Shown piece after piece: positions 61,459 through 64,000 of a DNA stretch of 64,000 nt. The notes beneath the pieces are model-generated. The model was not told the DNA's origin. It made no database searches and worked only from the letters and a program-made list of their open reading frames with translations. The stretch comes from the human T2T-CHM13v2.0 reference genome, Homo sapiens. The stretch lies in NCBI RefSeq assembly GCF_009914755.1, contig NC_060925.1. One strand, given 5' to 3'. Both the position numbers and the translations under genes were made by a program. Positions within the stretch are counted from its first letter, which is position 1, and each line of letters opens with the position of its first letter.

Positions 61459-63084
61459 ACATGGGCCTCTCTTTACACTCATAAGGAGGGTTGATGCAGG
61501 ACCACAGTACTTTTACACACTGTACCAGCAGAAGGAGTCTCCATCAAGATGCCAAAAGCACATCCTTATTGTGAGGAACTCCTTATACAATATTATGATG
61601 GTCTCCAAAAGAGGAAAGGTAGAATAAACATTATTTGAGTTTAGCACTTGATAATTTATGGGTTTAGAGTGTCAGGACATTAGAGACAACCTTGCAATGC
61701 TCAGCACAACTTGACCATACAATTTTTAAATTATTAATTATAAATTTCTTATATTAGATAAAGCAATTAAACCAGTGCTGATGAAGCCATGATGGAGATG
61801 GCCGTGGGAGGAGTAGGCCTAATTTTCATGAATGGAGCTGGTGAGGAGCACTAGAAGATGCTGGAATCCTTGTCACGGCCCAGGGTTATTGTAGTTGATG
61901 CTACATTCATTCTATTTGAATGATGCACCAAGACCCAATCCCCTTCCTTTGGTTCTCCCTGGACAAGAGCCTTGGCAGAGACTCACAGACATCTAAACTT
62001 CGGTCTAGGGGGAGTCATTAAGACCTCATTTGTCACCCATCACATCTATCCCTAAAGAGAGAGTGCAAGGACTATGAAAATATCCTGTCCTGGGATTAGG
62101 GAAATAGGCAGTTGGAGCCATTTCCTTCCTTGTCTGCTGATCTAAGAAAGAGATTCCTTTTCCTATTTATGTTCTGGTTTTAAGAAATTACTAATTTGAT
62201 CAGACTGTGCTCATGGATAAGAGACAATAAGAAGATGCTGTCTTTAATTTCTTCGAATAATTTAATATTCAATCTTAATAGATCTTCCATTATGAAGGAT
62301 GAAGTAGACAAAAGTTAACTACAGCTTCTGCCTCCATTCTTGGAAAAGACATGCCAGCAATTAGATGCTGGTGGTGAAGGACTGTTTCCACAAGTTATGG
62401 GATTACTGTCATAGTCCTTCAAACAACACAGGACTTGATGCTGTTTTAACAGTTTTTGTCTGAAAACTACCTTGATTTTGTTTTTTGCCTGTATTGTCCT
62501 CTTTTAATCATTCAACCTGGCTGGGATTCAGCAATTTCTGTGTTTCAAACCTTTCGACTGACTTAACCAATTTTAACACCTTTGCTTCTTTCACTTTGAT
62601 CCTTGAATTAGCTTCCCAGAGATACTCTAAAAGATTTATGATTAAAACTTCTTTCTGGGTAAAAGATTATTATTAATAGTATTTAATTTTAATGTTTCCC
62701 ATGTTTGCTATCTGCCCTCTTTTTCTTCACAAGTTTAACATAACTTTTTCCCTTATTCTCACATGTCTAAAACATCTATCCCATCATCAATGGTAAGGTC
62801 ATTTTGTTTTGCTTATTTTTCCCCAACATGTGCAGATCTGGAGAAATACTATATAACTTCAGAGATAATGCTATTATCATCACATTCACAGTGACATAAG
62901 AAAGCTGATGACAGTAACTGCTAGAGTAGGTCTATTATCTGTTTCTCACCAAATCTTTACCTGGCTCTTCTCAGATAAGCTATTAGACATGGGCTTTGGG
63001 TCACACAGGTCTTGATCCAAATCCTGGTTGCACTACTTACTAGCTTTGTGGCTTTGGGGAGTCTTTTAAGTACCCTCAATTGGT

Positions 63085-63460
63085 CTAGATAGGCCAGCTT
63101 ATGCTGCAGTAAAAAACAATCTCAAAATTTCAATGGATTAAAACAAGAAATGTTTATTTCTTGCTTAAGCAAAGTCTCATACAGGTATGGGCAGCTCTCT
63201 AGCACAGCTGTTGTCTTCATGATGGCTCAGCATTAACCATTCACGTCTACACTGGTTTCCTGGGTCACCATGGCACAAGAAAGGTTAAGTGGAGAATTAA
63301 GCATCAACAACTAAATGTTCCTATCCAGGAAAAACAACATTACTTCTGCTTCCTTTTCACTGGACAGAATTCATATGACCACAACTAATATCCATATGGC
63401 AGAGCATAGCTACTTCCATGTGCGCAGAAAGAAGACAGAAGTGGATACCAATGAACAATT
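63085..63460 (-). mobile_element. MLT1J/K-like MaLR LTR fragment
   Basis: ttatgctgcagtaaaaaacaatctcaaaatttcaatggattaaaac...cactggacagaattcatatgacc. Confidence 0.6.
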
Positions 63461-64000
63461 ATAATGCCGCATTCCCTAACCTTCATTTTCCTCATCAATA
63501 AAATGGCAAAGGATTATTATGTCAAGTCAATAAGAAAATGTATATTAAATGCTTAGAATTAAAACTGCAAACACTCAGATAATTGGGAGTTTTTATTATA
63601 TATGTTAAAATGTAATAGCATGGACATAACATCTCTTTTGCATGAAGGGAAAGCAAAAGACATGATATTAAGAGCTCTATATGCTATTTCCAATAAAAGC
63701 CCCATCATCTACAACTGCTATTTGAGCCACTTGAGTGCAAGATATAACTCATTGCATCATTCAGAGAAAGAGTGAGAAGGACATACACCAAAATATTAGC
63801 AATGGTTATCTCTAGTTGTGAAGTTGTAAAAAAATCTAGTTTACTTCTTTATAAATTTTGTTTTTTTCTGGCTTTTCTACCATGAGTATGTATTATTAAG
63901 AATAATAGCTTATTACATACCAGACTCCCATTTTAATTCCCACAATATATTATGATTTTGATGTTATTATCCCAATTTTACACTTAAGGAAACTGGGGCA

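Overview
Hominoid (most likely human) genomic DNA, not microbial. I recognise it as the NGF (nerve growth factor) locus. The 33-nt first exon of the NGF mRNA lies on the minus strand at 29363-29395 inside a CpG-island promoter. Positions 1-29362 are intron 1 and positions above ~29.6 kb are upstream; no NGF coding exon is in the window. The rest is interspersed repeats (L1, L2, MIR, 3 Alus, MaLR LTRs, MER20, MER44), microsatellites and unique non-coding DNA. Nearly all ORFs in the track are spurious; only those in the L1 relic match real proteins. The most notable structure is a 2.6-kb minus-strand chimeric retrocopy at 50339-52929, about 21 kb upstream of the NGF TSS. It reads LTR12 R-U5, a 261-bp unique segment, an apparent splice into the VNTR of an old SVA_A-type element, a 3'-truncated SINE-R, poly(A), a 150-bp 3' transduction with AATAAA, and a second poly(A). 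It has an 11-bp TSD and sits in an L1 fragment that itself lacks a poly(A) and TSD. Also notable are a 170-bp, ~95% identical inverted duplication pasted into a MER20 in intron 1, a twin-primed L1 with clear junction signatures, and a candidate upstream alternative first exon resembling rodent exon IA. Gene and subfamily assignments come from recalled consensus sequences, not database searches.
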